A stretch of DNA of 38,552 nt, from NCBI GenBank assembly GCA_035650735.1, contig DASRGZ010000080.1, forward strand, positions 1-38,552. Reading direction: 5' to 3'. The stretch comes from Chthonomonadaceae bacterium. Its GTDB lineage: Bacteria > Armatimonadota > Chthonomonadetes > Chthonomonadales > Chthonomonadaceae. Shown piece by piece: positions 29,788-38,552 of this stretch. Both the position numbers and the translations under genes were made by a program. Position 1 is the first letter of the stretch; the number at the start of each line of letters is the position of its first letter. The notes beneath the pieces were generated by a model. That model was not told where the DNA came from. It saw only the letters and a program-made list of their open reading frames with translations, and ran no database searches.

Positions 29788-30087
29788 TTAGCCGTGATCC
29801 AGGCGGCCCACATTGGAGCCCTTGCGGCGATTGCCGCCGGGCACCGTATTATCCGTCGGCGGGTTGGGCTCGCTGTGGGGAACGCCCGCCTGGGAGGGAT
29901 GCCCGCTCGGATGCGGAATATGCTTGGGCCGGCCTTTGGACTGGTTGGCCTGCGGATCTTCAAAATCCATATCTTCGCTGCGGCGACCCCGATCCGGGAA
30001 GTGGTCTTTCTTCTCGTCCACGTCCTGATTATGGCCGCCGCCTTTGGCCCTGGCGACTCTAGGATTGCCCTTGGGGAACTTTGCCAT
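29788..30087 (-). CDS. Small hydrophilic hypothetical protein (99 aa)
   Basis: Purine-rich RBS-like sequence before ATG; fills the gap between genes; G/P/charged-rich composition. Confidence 0.6.
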   Translation of the reverse strand: MAKFPKGNPRVARAKGGGHNQDVDEKKDHFPDRGRRSEDMDFEDPQANQSKGRPKHIPHPSGHPSQAGVPHSEPNPPTDNTVPGGNRRKGSNVGRLDHG

Positions 30088-30216
30088 ATTCCCAACCCCT
30101 TTCTGCCCGTGTGCCGGGTCTGGTCTTGCACGTTGATTTCCGGCATTAGGACTCCGGGGCCAGAGGAAAGGTTCCTCCGATGAGCGGCGACGCGGTGGCG
30201 CCGGATGGGGATAAAC

Positions 30217-31011
30217 TCACCATTCCAGCAAGTGCCGTAACTCTGGCGGCAGGCCCTCCCGCAGCGAATCCGGAAAGTGATCGCGGTACTGAATGGCCCG
30301 CAGTCCATTCCAGAGCCGCTGTGCGGAAGCGTCAAAGAAGGAGGCAAAGTAGACGTAGCGCGGCTGCTGCGTCGCGTTGCCGGATGCGGAATGGATCGCC
30401 ATGGGATTGAAGATGATCAGGTCACCCTCACTGACGCAGACCTCGATGCCCTCGTCGAGATTGACGCCCGCATAGCGCACAGGATCTTTCTTAAACTGAT
30501 CCAGCTCGGCCTCGGTCTGTAGAGCGGCGGTGGCGGCATAGGTCAATTTGTGTGAGCCGGGCACGATCATGAACGCCGCTCCGCCCGGAATAACGGTGTT
30601 GCAGGCGTGCACCATGTGGTAGTAGGCGCACCGGGGCGTGGACTCATACTCGTCGGGGAAGAAGGCCCAATCCACGTGCCAGCCGACCGGGCCGTAGGGC
30701 GGGGGCTTGGGGTCAGAGCGGATGAGCACCTGTTCGAGCAGGCGCAGGTCGGAGAGGCTGCCCACTCTGAGCAGGGTCATCGCCAGTTCCAGCAATTTGG
30801 GGTTGCTGACGAGCCGGGGCATGATCTCGCCGGGAATCGGGTGGCGCAGGTCGTGGATGCGCCTGAGGCCCGGCTGATCGGCGGGGGCGATAGGCGGAGC
30901 GAGGCTGTCAATATGGGCGCGGATGGCCGCGGTTGTGTCCAAATCGAGAAAGCCAGGCACGACCACGTAGCCCTGCGCATCCAACTGAGCCAGAAGGGAG
31001 GAAAGATCCAT
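30217..31011 (-). CDS. Phytanoyl-CoA dioxygenase (PhyH) family enzyme
   Basis: LDAQGYVVV, GWHVD, IVPGSH, EGDLIIF, IHSASGN...PR. Confidence 0.9.
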   Translation of the reverse strand: MDLSSLLAQLDAQGYVVVPGFLDLDTTAAIRAHIDSLAPPIAPADQPGLRRIHDLRHPIPGEIMPRLVSNPKLLELAMTLLRVGSLSDLRLLEQVLIRSDPKPPPYGPVGWHVDWAFFPDEYESTPRCAYYHMVHACNTVIPGGAAFMIVPGSHKLTYAATAALQTEAELDQFKKDPVRYAGVNLDEGIEVCVSEGDLIIFNPMAIHSASGNATQQPRYVYFASFFDASAQRLWNGLRAIQYRDHFPDSLREGLPPELRHLLEW

Positions 31012-31072
31012 GCGGGCGCTCCTGTTCGGCGTTCGAAGGCTGGTCCCCTTGGGGGAGAGGAGAAGCCTTGTT

Positions 31073-31272
31073 CTACCCTCATCCCCGGCCCTTCTCCCTG
31101 CAAGGGAGAAGGGAGAAGAGAAGCCGGGTCCCCCCCTTCCCTGCCGCGTTAGCGACGAAGTAGGGTCGCAAGGCGGAGGGCTGTGGCAAGGCGGAGGCAG
31201 GGGCCCTAACCCTGCCGACCCTTGCAGTCCATTGCAGGCCCGACCCTGGCAGTGGGGCCAGGGGGTTTAGGT
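31073..31272. repeat. Family A composite palindromic element, further copy
   Basis: CCCTCATCCCCGGCCCTTCTCCCTGCAAGGGAGAAGGGAG at left; CCGACCCTGGCAGTGGG near the right end is shared with 9976-9992. Confidence 0.7.
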
Positions 31273-31324
31273 AAGTCCACGAAGGCGGACTTAGTGCCTT
31301 GGTTGCTGCGGCTTTAGCCGCCCG
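31273..31324. repeat. Family B palindromic unit, single copy
   Basis: Reverse complement CGGGCGGCTAAAGCCGCAGCAACCAAGGCACTAAGTCCGCCTTCGTGGACTT matches 28607-28657. Confidence 0.8.
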
Positions 31325-31346
31325 AAAAGAAAATGGAAGGCCCCTG

Positions 31347-32687
31347 CTACTTGACCTGCGCCTGCAGGAACTCGTCCCAGTTGGTGCTCCGCGCTAGCGC
31401 CAGGTTATTGTAGGCGCTCAGATAGAGAGGCTGCCCCGCTATGTCGAAGCCGGGAATGTAGATGGCGAGGCCGTGCGAGCCAGTTTGATCGATGTTGCCG
31501 TGCGACGAGGTGATAACGGCTCCGCTGCTACCATTGATTAACGCCGTCTCCATATTGGCCGCCGCCTGCTTGATGTCGATGGGTGAGGCAGTCGAGGTGC
31601 GCAGGATCTCGGCGTAATCGAAGAGGTCCTTGTTCTCCGGGTAAGCGTAGTTCTGTGCCCGTTCGCGGGCGTTGCTCAGCAGGTCGGCCTGGTCGTGGAT
31701 GTGCAGGCGCAGGGTGTTGGCGAAGTTGTTAAGCGCCGTGGCGACATTATCCATCTTCGTCAGGTCCACAACAGACTGGGTAATGTTGGAGTTGTTGGGA
31801 TAGGCGGCCACGAAGTCACGCACGATCTCCTCGCCCACCTGGCAGGGATTCAGCACGCCGCTGCTGGACTTCAGCGCGCCGAGCCAGGCATCGTAGGGAT
31901 AGCCTTCGCCGGGCGGGCTCTCCTCCGAGCCGATCATGACGTGAGCCGAGTTCCGCACCTGGTAGGCCACCTCGACCATCTGCTCCAGCGAGGCATCGAA
32001 GATGAGCGTATCCACGGGCACGCCCGCGAGCGCCTGCGGGATCTGCTCGGTCTCGATTTCGGTGTTGAACTCGTCATCTTGCGAGACGGCACGGAAGCGC
32101 AGCTTCAGACGATTGCCAGCAGAGCGGGTCGGCTCCCAGCCGGAGCCGTGATCCCAAATGACGACGGCCAGATGGTCGGCGGGGAAGTTCTGATAGCCCC
32201 ATTGCACGAAATTCTGCAACACATGCCAGTCGCCCATATCGGAGGTGCCGTTGACGTTGGTGGCCGGGTCGGGCAGACGGTCCTGATCCAGCGTGGTGAA
32301 GTCGCCGCGATGGACCAGGTAGCGGCGCGTGCCGACAAAGGTCGGGTTGCCGCAATCGGCGCAGTTGGCCTGCTTCCACTGCACCACGATGTTAAGATTG
32401 GCGTCCGAGCCGACGCTGAGGATCTGGGCCATATTGGTCAGGCTATCGGGCTGGAGGTTGTTGGCGGCGTTCATATAGATCAGCACCGTCCAGCGTGCCC
32501 GTCCGGTCTGATGCGGGTTCATCTGGCAGACGCTGCGCCCGGTTCCCGTTCCGCCCCCGCCTCCGGGATTCCCTCCGCTGTTGCCACCACCCCCGCCCCC
32601 ACCGCCACACCCGGAAAGGGACGCTCCTAAAACGCCGACCGCTCCGGCCAGGACGGAGAGGCGGCGCAATGCTTTTCTAAAGGACAT
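31347..32687 (-). CDS. Clostripain (peptidase C11)-related lipoprotein
   Basis: Lipobox LSGC plus Gly linker; WTVLIYMNAANNL, IWDHGSGW, FDASL..MVEVAY, GSEE..PGEGYPY, GLAIY. Confidence 0.88.
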   Translation of the reverse strand: MSFRKALRRLSVLAGAVGVLGASLSGCGGGGGGGGNSGGNPGGGGGTGTGRSVCQMNPHQTGRARWTVLIYMNAANNLQPDSLTNMAQILSVGSDANLNIVVQWKQANCADCGNPTFVGTRRYLVHRGDFTTLDQDRLPDPATNVNGTSDMGDWHVLQNFVQWGYQNFPADHLAVVIWDHGSGWEPTRSAGNRLKLRFRAVSQDDEFNTEIETEQIPQALAGVPVDTLIFDASLEQMVEVAYQVRNSAHVMIGSEESPPGEGYPYDAWLGALKSSSGVLNPCQVGEEIVRDFVAAYPNNSNITQSVVDLTKMDNVATALNNFANTLRLHIHDQADLLSNARERAQNYAYPENKDLFDYAEILRTSTASPIDIKQAAANMETALINGSSGAVITSSHGNIDQTGSHGLAIYIPGFDIAGQPLYLSAYNNLALARSTNWDEFLQAQVK

Positions 32688-32832
32688 ACTCCTAAAACTC
32701 CTTGCCGTTGGATGCTAACCGAGTATAGCACACAGGGGAGACGCCGCACAATCGTCGGGCGCTCTGCATGGACAGGCCAGGGGGAAGCGCGTCTGCAGGG
32801 GGGAAATTCCGGCTAGAAAAGAGCCGGCGCCC

Positions 32833-32862
32833 TTGAATTTGCCGGGGGGGATTTGTTATAAT
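32833..32862 (+). promoter_or_regulatory. Probable promoter of the diguanylate cyclase gene, with a G7 tract in the spacer
   Basis: TTGAAT-N18-TATAAT with extended -10 TGn; G7 at 32844-32850. Confidence 0.6.
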
Positions 32863-32973
32863 GAGCCGACAGGCGGGCGGGATACAGAAATCCTGTGGCC
32901 GTCTGTTAATCCTATTGTATCGCATTTGGCAGCGGTTTTGTTCCCGCTGTCTAAAGAAAGATAGGGAAGCGCC

Positions 32974-34848
32974 GTGAGTTCATTGCCACGCCGACGGCAA
33001 GCCAACGCACAACGGGAACGGCTCCACCCCGAGCCGGGCGTCTCCGCACAGGCGGGGCGCGGATCGTCGGCTCGCCGCCATCGGCAAGACCTGCGGGCGG
33101 ATGCGTCCCAGAAAGGCCGCGAGGCGTCGCCGTTCCAGCGCGCCTATCGCGGCGCGACCTTATTGGCAGCCATCGTACTGCTGCTGCGCGGCGCCTGGCA
33201 CAGTCCGCATTCTGCCGCGACCGCGTGCGCGGCGGGAATTGTCGTTGCGCTGGTGCTGCTGGCTCGGCTGATTCCCGTCGCCTGGACGCGGGAGCGCCCG
33301 CTGACCTTCACGGCTCCGGTGATTTTCGCCGCCGCGCTCTGGATGGGAGCGGAGACGGCGGCGCTGGGCGCGCTGCTGGCCGCCTTCCTGCACGCCCGTT
33401 TTGGACAGACCGGCGGCCACTCGCGCGGCTATCTGCGCTTCCAGGGCGCGCAGTTGGCGCTGTCCGCCTTCGTCGGCGGCGCAGCCTGGATGGTGGCGGC
33501 ACGGCATCTGGGCCTGCCGATAGAAGGCGCCGGAGGCGCCTCCCTGCGGACGATGAGCAGCCTGACGGCGCTGAGCCATCTGGTCGCAGCGGCCTTCAGC
33601 GCCCTGGCCTTCGCCGCCACCAACGGCCTGTTCACTGCAGGGGCGCACCTGGGCGGGCTGCAAGCGCAGTGGCGCACTCCGCGCAGTCGAGTGCGTCTGG
33701 CTGGACTGATGCTCGTCTACGGGCTTGGCCTGCTGCCGGTCGTGCTGCTGGCTCCGCTCGGCAAGGCGCTGGGCCTGATCGTCGCCCTGCCGTTTACGGC
33801 CCTGCTGCTTCTCTGCGCCCAGGTGGCCCGGCTGACCCTGGAGGTCGCCAGCCTGCGCGGCCAGTTGGAGACCGCTGAGGCGATGGGCCGTGCCAGCATC
33901 GCCGATCCCTCCACCGATATTGACCCCGCCATCCTTCTCCAGCGCTTCCTTGCTCTGGCCCGCGCGCTGGTCACCGCCGACCGCGCCCTCGTCTGGACGC
34001 TCGACCCGGAAACGGGGGAGCTGACGCCTGCGGCGGCCCTGCCCAACATGGGCGCTTTCGCCGGGCAGAAGGCGATGTTTGGCGAGGGGCTTATCGGCCA
34101 GGCGGCGGCGCGCATTCGTCCCCGCATCATCGCCGACGCCGCCCGCGACCCGTATCGGGGCCCCCGCGAGGCCGCCTCCGGCGCCTGGCTGCTCTATCCT
34201 ATTGTCGTCCACGAGCGGGTGCTGGGCGTGGCGCAGTGGATACGGCCCGCCCGCAGCCCTTTCACGCGCGACGATGTGGCCCGGCTGGCCTCCCTGGTGC
34301 CGCAGGCGGCGGTCGCCCTGGAGAATGTGCGCATCCGCGAGAAGATGCACAGCCTGGCCGCCACCGACGGCCTGACCGGCCTCTGGAACCATCGCAAGAC
34401 GCACGAGTTGCTGGCCCGCGAGATGCGCCGCGCCTCTCGCTATCACCGCGCACTCTCCGTGCTGATGCTGGACGTGGACGGCTTCAAGACCTTCAACGAT
34501 ACCTACGGCCACCCGCAGGGCGACCAGTTGCTGCGCTGTATCGCCTCCATCCTGCAAGCCAATGTGCGCTCCGTAGACCATGTGGGCCGCTATGGCGGCG
34601 AGGAGTTTATGGTCATCCTGCCGGAGACGTACAAGGACAACGCCTGCCGCCTGGCCGAGCGTATCCGCAGTGCGGTGGAAGAGCAGGCGTTCGTCGTCGT
34701 CGCGGGGCAGGTTATCCGCCGCACCATCAGCGTAGGAGTGGCCTCCTACCCAGAAGACGCGCTCAACCCCTCGGAACTGGTGCAGCGCGCCGACGAAGCC
34801 CTCTACCGGGCCAAGCGCGCCGGCAAGAACTGCGTCCTCTGGGCCTAA
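32974..34848 (+). CDS. Membrane-bound GAF-GGDEF diguanylate cyclase
   Basis: Multiple hydrophobic helices, GAF (GEGLIGQAA...PIVVHERVLG...AVALEN), TDGLTGLWN, FKTFNDTYGHPQGD, I-site RSVD, RYGGEEF. Confidence 0.93.
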   Translation: MSSLPRRRQANAQRERLHPEPGVSAQAGRGSSARRHRQDLRADASQKGREASPFQRAYRGATLLAAIVLLLRGAWHSPHSAATACAAGIVVALVLLARLIPVAWTRERPLTFTAPVIFAAALWMGAETAALGALLAAFLHARFGQTGGHSRGYLRFQGAQLALSAFVGGAAWMVAARHLGLPIEGAGGASLRTMSSLTALSHLVAAAFSALAFAATNGLFTAGAHLGGLQAQWRTPRSRVRLAGLMLVYGLGLLPVVLLAPLGKALGLIVALPFTALLLLCAQVARLTLEVASLRGQLETAEAMGRASIADPSTDIDPAILLQRFLALARALVTADRALVWTLDPETGELTPAAALPNMGAFAGQKAMFGEGLIGQAAARIRPRIIADAARDPYRGPREAASGAWLLYPIVVHERVLGVAQWIRPARSPFTRDDVARLASLVPQAAVALENVRIREKMHSLAATDGLTGLWNHRKTHELLAREMRRASRYHRALSVLMLDVDGFKTFNDTYGHPQGDQLLRCIASILQANVRSVDHVGRYGGEEFMVILPETYKDNACRLAERIRSAVEEQAFVVVAGQVIRRTISVGVASYPEDALNPSELVQRADEALYRAKRAGKNCVLWA

Positions 34849-34875
34849 TTCCAAGTCGCGATGTGGAGACCTGTT

Positions 34876-35664
34876 ATGAAACTGGCATGTCAAGAGGCAT
34901 TGGCCGTCGGAACGACGCTGGAGGAGAAGCTGGACAATCTGGCGGCGGCGGGCTACGAAGGTATCGAGTTCTACGGCTCCGACCTCGCCGACCGGTTAGA
35001 GGAGATCAAGCGGGCGACGGCCAGCCACACGGTCAAGCCTGCGAGCATCTGCGCCGGGTATAGAGGCTGCCCGTTGGATACTGACCGGAAAGAGCGCGAA
35101 ATCGCCTCCGCCGACATTCACCGTCTGCTGAACATCGCGGGCGATCTGGGCATGGCCGGCCTGATCGTGGTGCCCATCTTCGGCGGGCCGCGCATCCCCG
35201 ACCTCTCGCCGCTCGCCTCCGCCGTCCAGTTGGAGAAAGACCTGCTCGCCAGGCTCTGCGAGGAGTGGGGCCAGACGGCGCAGCAGGCCGGAACCAACGT
35301 GCTGCTGGAGCCGCTCAACCGCTACGAGACGCATCTGCTCAAAGCGCTGCGCGATGCCACCGAAATCTGTGCGCGTGTCGGCAACCCCAACGTCAAGATC
35401 ATGGCGGACTTCTTCCACATGAGCATCGAGGAGGCCGATATTCCCGCCTCGATCCGGCAGGCCGGGCCGTACATCGCCCACGTCCACCTTGCCGACAGCA
35501 ACCGCCAGCTTCCGGGTTACGGCCATACGGATTTCACGTCCGGCTTTGCCGCGCTCAAGGAGATCGGCTTTAACGGCTACATGGCCTTGGAATGCGGCAA
35601 CCCGGAGCTTGATAAGCAAGCCGGCCTGAAGAAAGCGGCGGAGTTCCTGCGCGCCCAGTTGTAG
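34876..35664 (+). CDS. Sugar phosphate isomerase/epimerase (xylose-isomerase-like TIM barrel)
   Basis: LEPLNRYE, ADFFHMSIEE, HVHLADSNRQLPGYG, YMALE. Confidence 0.92.
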   Translation: MKLACQEALAVGTTLEEKLDNLAAAGYEGIEFYGSDLADRLEEIKRATASHTVKPASICAGYRGCPLDTDRKEREIASADIHRLLNIAGDLGMAGLIVVPIFGGPRIPDLSPLASAVQLEKDLLARLCEEWGQTAQQAGTNVLLEPLNRYETHLLKALRDATEICARVGNPNVKIMADFFHMSIEEADIPASIRQAGPYIAHVHLADSNRQLPGYGHTDFTSGFAALKEIGFNGYMALECGNPELDKQAGLKKAAEFLRAQL

Positions 35665-35809
35665 CCTCCACGCCCCGAGAAAGCGCCCGGCACTAAAGGG
35701 GTGGGCGGCCAGCAGAGTCCCTATTCTCGCTTAGCTTCCTATGCGGTGCGACTGTTGGCAAGCGCCAGCGCGCCGCGAAACGCTCCGGTCCGCCTGCCAG
35801 GAGTACGCG

Positions 35810-37006
35810 ATGGGCCTGGACGTCGAACGCATAGAGATACTGCTCCTGGTCGCCGCCGTCGTCGCCATGCTGGTGCGCCGGCTTCGCCTGCCCTATACCG
35901 TGGGATTGGTGCTGGCCGGGATCGCGCTGGCGTTCTCGCCGCTGGGGCATCAGGTGCGCCTGACCCAAGAACTGATCTTTGGCGCCTTCCTGCCGCCGCT
36001 CATTTTCGAGGCCGCCTTCAATATCTCCTGGCCGGAGCTGCGCCGCGATCTGGGCGTAGTGCTCACACTCGTTACGCTGGGCGTTCTCCTCGCGGCAGCC
36101 CTAACGGCGGCGGGCCTGCACTTCCTTGTCGGGTGGGGATGGAGCGCCGCCTGGCTCTTCGGCGCCCTGATCGCCGCCACCGATCCGGTCGCGGTCATCG
36201 CCACCTTCCGGGAGGTCGGAATTCAAGGCCGGCTGCGGCTGCTGCTGGAGGCGGAAAGCCTGTTCAACGACGGCACCGCCGCCGTCGCCTTTGGCGTCCT
36301 CCTGGCGCTGGCCCAGGGCGGCGGGATGAGCGCCGGAGAGGTCGCGGGGAAGTTTGCCGTTACGGTGTTGGGTGGCCTTCTCTGCGGCGCGGCGGTCGGC
36401 GGCAGCGTGCTGCTGCTGGCGGGCCGCACCGACGACCACCTGCTCGAAACGACCTTCACCACCATCGCTGCCTACGGTGCGTTCCTGCTGGCGGAGCATT
36501 TTCATCTGTCCGGCATCCTGGCCACTCTAACTACCGGGCTTATCCTGGGCAACTGGGGCTCGCTGGGCACGCTGACGGATAAAGGGCACGAGACCATCGA
36601 CTCGTTTTGGGAGTACGCCGCCTTCCTCGCCAACTCCCTGATTTTTCTGCTGATCGGCATGGGGCTCACCTCCGAGAGCTTCACGCCCGGCAAGATCCCT
36701 TCTCTCCTGGCCGCCATTGTCCTGGTCACCGTCTCCCGCGCGCTCGTCGTCTACCTCTGCTGCGCGCTCTTTGGCCGCTCCGCCTGGCGCGTGCCGCTGC
36801 GCTACCAGCATGTTTTGTTCTGGGGCGGCCTGCGCGGCGCCGTGGCCCTGGCGCTTGCGCTCGGCTTGCCGCCGCAAACGCCGCAGCGTGCGACGATCCT
36901 GACCGCGGCGTTCACCGTCGTCGCCTTCTCCGTCATCGTGCAGGGACTGACAATAAAGCCCCTGCTGCGGCGGCTTGGCGAGCTCCCGCCACAGCAAAGG
37001 CCTTGA
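35810..37006 (+). CDS. CPA1-family Na+/H+ antiporter (NhaP-like)
   Basis: FLPPLIFEAA, AATDPVAV, EAESLFNDG, WGGLRGAV. Confidence 0.95.
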   Translation: MGLDVERIEILLLVAAVVAMLVRRLRLPYTVGLVLAGIALAFSPLGHQVRLTQELIFGAFLPPLIFEAAFNISWPELRRDLGVVLTLVTLGVLLAAALTAAGLHFLVGWGWSAAWLFGALIAATDPVAVIATFREVGIQGRLRLLLEAESLFNDGTAAVAFGVLLALAQGGGMSAGEVAGKFAVTVLGGLLCGAAVGGSVLLLAGRTDDHLLETTFTTIAAYGAFLLAEHFHLSGILATLTTGLILGNWGSLGTLTDKGHETIDSFWEYAAFLANSLIFLLIGMGLTSESFTPGKIPSLLAAIVLVTVSRALVVYLCCALFGRSAWRVPLRYQHVLFWGGLRGAVALALALGLPPQTPQRATILTAAFTVVAFSVIVQGLTIKPLLRRLGELPPQQRP

Positions 37007-37021
37007 AAAGAATAGGGGCTC

Positions 37022-38173
37022 TTAGCCCGTGATCACCTCAGGCTGCGCGGCGTCATGCGGGGTCTTGCCCGTCTCGATCAGGGTCTTCATGCGCGCCAGA
37101 TCCTGATCCATCCTGGCCTTAGGATCGAAGCCGAGCAGGTCGGCAACGGTATGGCCCAGCGCCCCCGCCGGCGGATTGTAAGAGAACAGGATGTGGACGC
37201 GTGTGCTGCCGTCGGGATTGGTATCGAACTTAATCAGGCCGGCATGCTCCACCGGCGCGCCCGGCAGCGTCTTCCAGCCCAGCTCCTTATTGAGCTCGAT
37301 TCGGGTGACCTCCGCGTCCCACTCAATCGGCACGCCGGCGGGCCCGGCGACGACCCAGTGCGAGCGCCCGCCGCCCAGATCGCGCACCTCGCGCACGCTG
37401 GACATAAAGTGCGGGAAGTTATCGTAGTTGGTCCAGAAGGCAAAGACCAGATCCCGGGGCGCATTGATGTTGAGCGTCTTCTGGATATCCACCGCCCGGT
37501 GCCCGGAATTCACGCCGACGATACGCTTCACTTCCTTATTGGTAAGCCCGCGCGCCAGCAGCGCCAGGCCGGTAAGCCCCAGAAGCGGCCCGAAGACTCC
37601 GCCGCGCCGGATTCCCGAGAGCGCCAGCGTGCCGCCCGCAACGCAGGCTACCAGCCGGGCGGAAGGCGACCAGTTGGCCTGCAGGAACTCCGGTTGGATT
37701 CCCGGACGCCGGGAAACTCCCTGTAAGCCAGGAATATCGCCCGCCGTCTCGTGCCGCTCCAGCCGATCCTCGACGCCCCGCACGCCGCGCAGCGAAGCCA
37801 CGACCGCGATCAACGGATCGGCCTCCCGAGACAGAATCGGGCCCCTTAGCGTGACGATGCCCTGGTCGCAGGTCACCAGGATCGAACTGGGATGGGTCAC
37901 GATCCGCCCCATCTTGGCCCGAACGCGCTCGACAATGACGGCATCCGAAGCCTGATCGCGGCGGAAGAGGTGGAGCGCCTCCGCCACATAGCCGTTTATC
38001 CGGTTGGTCAAATCCTGCACGGTCGCATCCAGAGCGTCGTCGGTCTTGTTGAGCATATGCACCGCTTTATCGCGGATCAACGCGCGACGCCGCCTGCCCC
38101 GGTCCGGGTCCCATAGATACATCAGCCCCGCGCCGAAGCCGACGCCGCTCAAAAGCGATAATCCTTTGTTCAT
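37022..38173 (-). CDS. BON domain plus SRPBCC (polyketide cyclase/dehydrase-like) membrane-associated protein
   Basis: GAGLMYLWDPDRGRRRRA; BON (GIVTLRG...GVRGVEDRL); hydrophobic hairpin; SRPBCC (NFPHFM...SHWVVAGPAG..EWDAE...YNPPAG). Confidence 0.88.
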   Translation of the reverse strand: MNKGLSLLSGVGFGAGLMYLWDPDRGRRRRALIRDKAVHMLNKTDDALDATVQDLTNRINGYVAEALHLFRRDQASDAVIVERVRAKMGRIVTHPSSILVTCDQGIVTLRGPILSREADPLIAVVASLRGVRGVEDRLERHETAGDIPGLQGVSRRPGIQPEFLQANWSPSARLVACVAGGTLALSGIRRGGVFGPLLGLTGLALLARGLTNKEVKRIVGVNSGHRAVDIQKTLNINAPRDLVFAFWTNYDNFPHFMSSVREVRDLGGGRSHWVVAGPAGVPIEWDAEVTRIELNKELGWKTLPGAPVEHAGLIKFDTNPDGSTRVHILFSYNPPAGALGHTVADLLGFDPKARMDQDLARMKTLIETGKTPHDAAQPEVITG

Positions 38174-38317
38174 GAGTTGCTCCTCCCCTCTCTATGCGTC
38201 CGGCTCAAACTTGCCGCTCTCCTGCATCGCTCATCCCTCATATGGCCCATTCCGCTCTGCGCGTGCCGAGGCGGCTTCCCGGAGAGACGATGCTCCTCCG
38301 CTTCTCCCAACGCTCGG

Positions 38318-38347
38318 CGGGCGGAAGCTTAATTAAGCTTCCGCCCG
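38318..38347. repeat. 30-bp perfect palindrome, possible terminator or processing hairpin
   Basis: CGGGCGGAAGCTTAATTAAGCTTCCGCCCG, 40 bp downstream of the Em/GsiB-like stop. Confidence 0.75.
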
Positions 38348-38387
38348 TTGATGTTTACAGTATGTGCTCGCACCCGAGCCTTGCCAT

Positions 38388-38552
38388 CTATTTGTTCTCT
38401 TGCTCGGCCTGCTTGCCTTCCTCGATCAGCTCTTTGACACGCTGCCCGCCCTTATGGCCCAGCTCACTGTAGCCTTCGGGGCCCAGCTCTTCCTTGCGGG
38501 CCTCGCCGCCCTTGCGGCCTAGCTCCACATAGCCCTCATGGCCCAACTCCTG
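38388..38552 (-). CDS. Em/GsiB-like (LEA group 1, KGG repeat) general stress protein, partial
   Basis: Manual translation [54 protein letters not shown], with 20-aa repeats. Not in the ORF track. Confidence 0.88.
   Translation of the reverse strand, partial: QELGHEGYVELGRKGGEARKEELGPEGYSELGHKGGQRVKELIEEGKQAEQENK

Noticed and set aside
32545..32610. C-rich repetitive tract as a DNA repeat element
   Set aside because: It encodes the Gly-rich linker after the lipoprotein Cys.
33160..34893. Long antisense ORFs such as 33160-34893(-), 15818-17344(+), 8587-9894(-) and 25848-27122(-)
   Set aside because: Shadow frames of high-GC genes with no recognisable motifs.

Overview
GC-rich bacterial chromosomal window with no rRNA, tRNA or cas genes recognised. 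The first ~6.3 kb is a decay zone: an ISL3 end, an IS21 interrupted by a degenerate IS3, a broken GH-like/beta-lactamase/DUF6298-like multidomain gene, and two back-to-back gene remnants. The rest is mostly intact metabolic, secreted and stress genes: GH97, fused AhbAB-like siroheme decarboxylase, ceramidase-like protein, ABC ATPase, frameshifted MOSC plus truncated haemoglobin, pgm, GH5, aminotransferase plus omega-amidase-like pair, enolase-superfamily enzyme, two PhyH dioxygenases, isochorismatase, FG-GAP and BNR propellers, clostripain-like lipoprotein, GAF-GGDEF, NhaP, BON-SRPBCC and an Em/GsiB-like protein. Intergenic regions carry at least three families of palindromic REP/MITE-like repeats. 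The most unusual signal is at 20531-20726. It is a CRISPR-like 36-bp repeat (ending ATTGAAAC), a 35-bp spacer and a second repeat copy. The second copy is also the coding 3' end of a housekeeping gene and has been split by an 81-bp MITE with an 8-bp target duplication. This is a candidate natural 'neo-CRISPR' from off-target spacer integration. All family calls come from motif recognition by eye; no searches were run.
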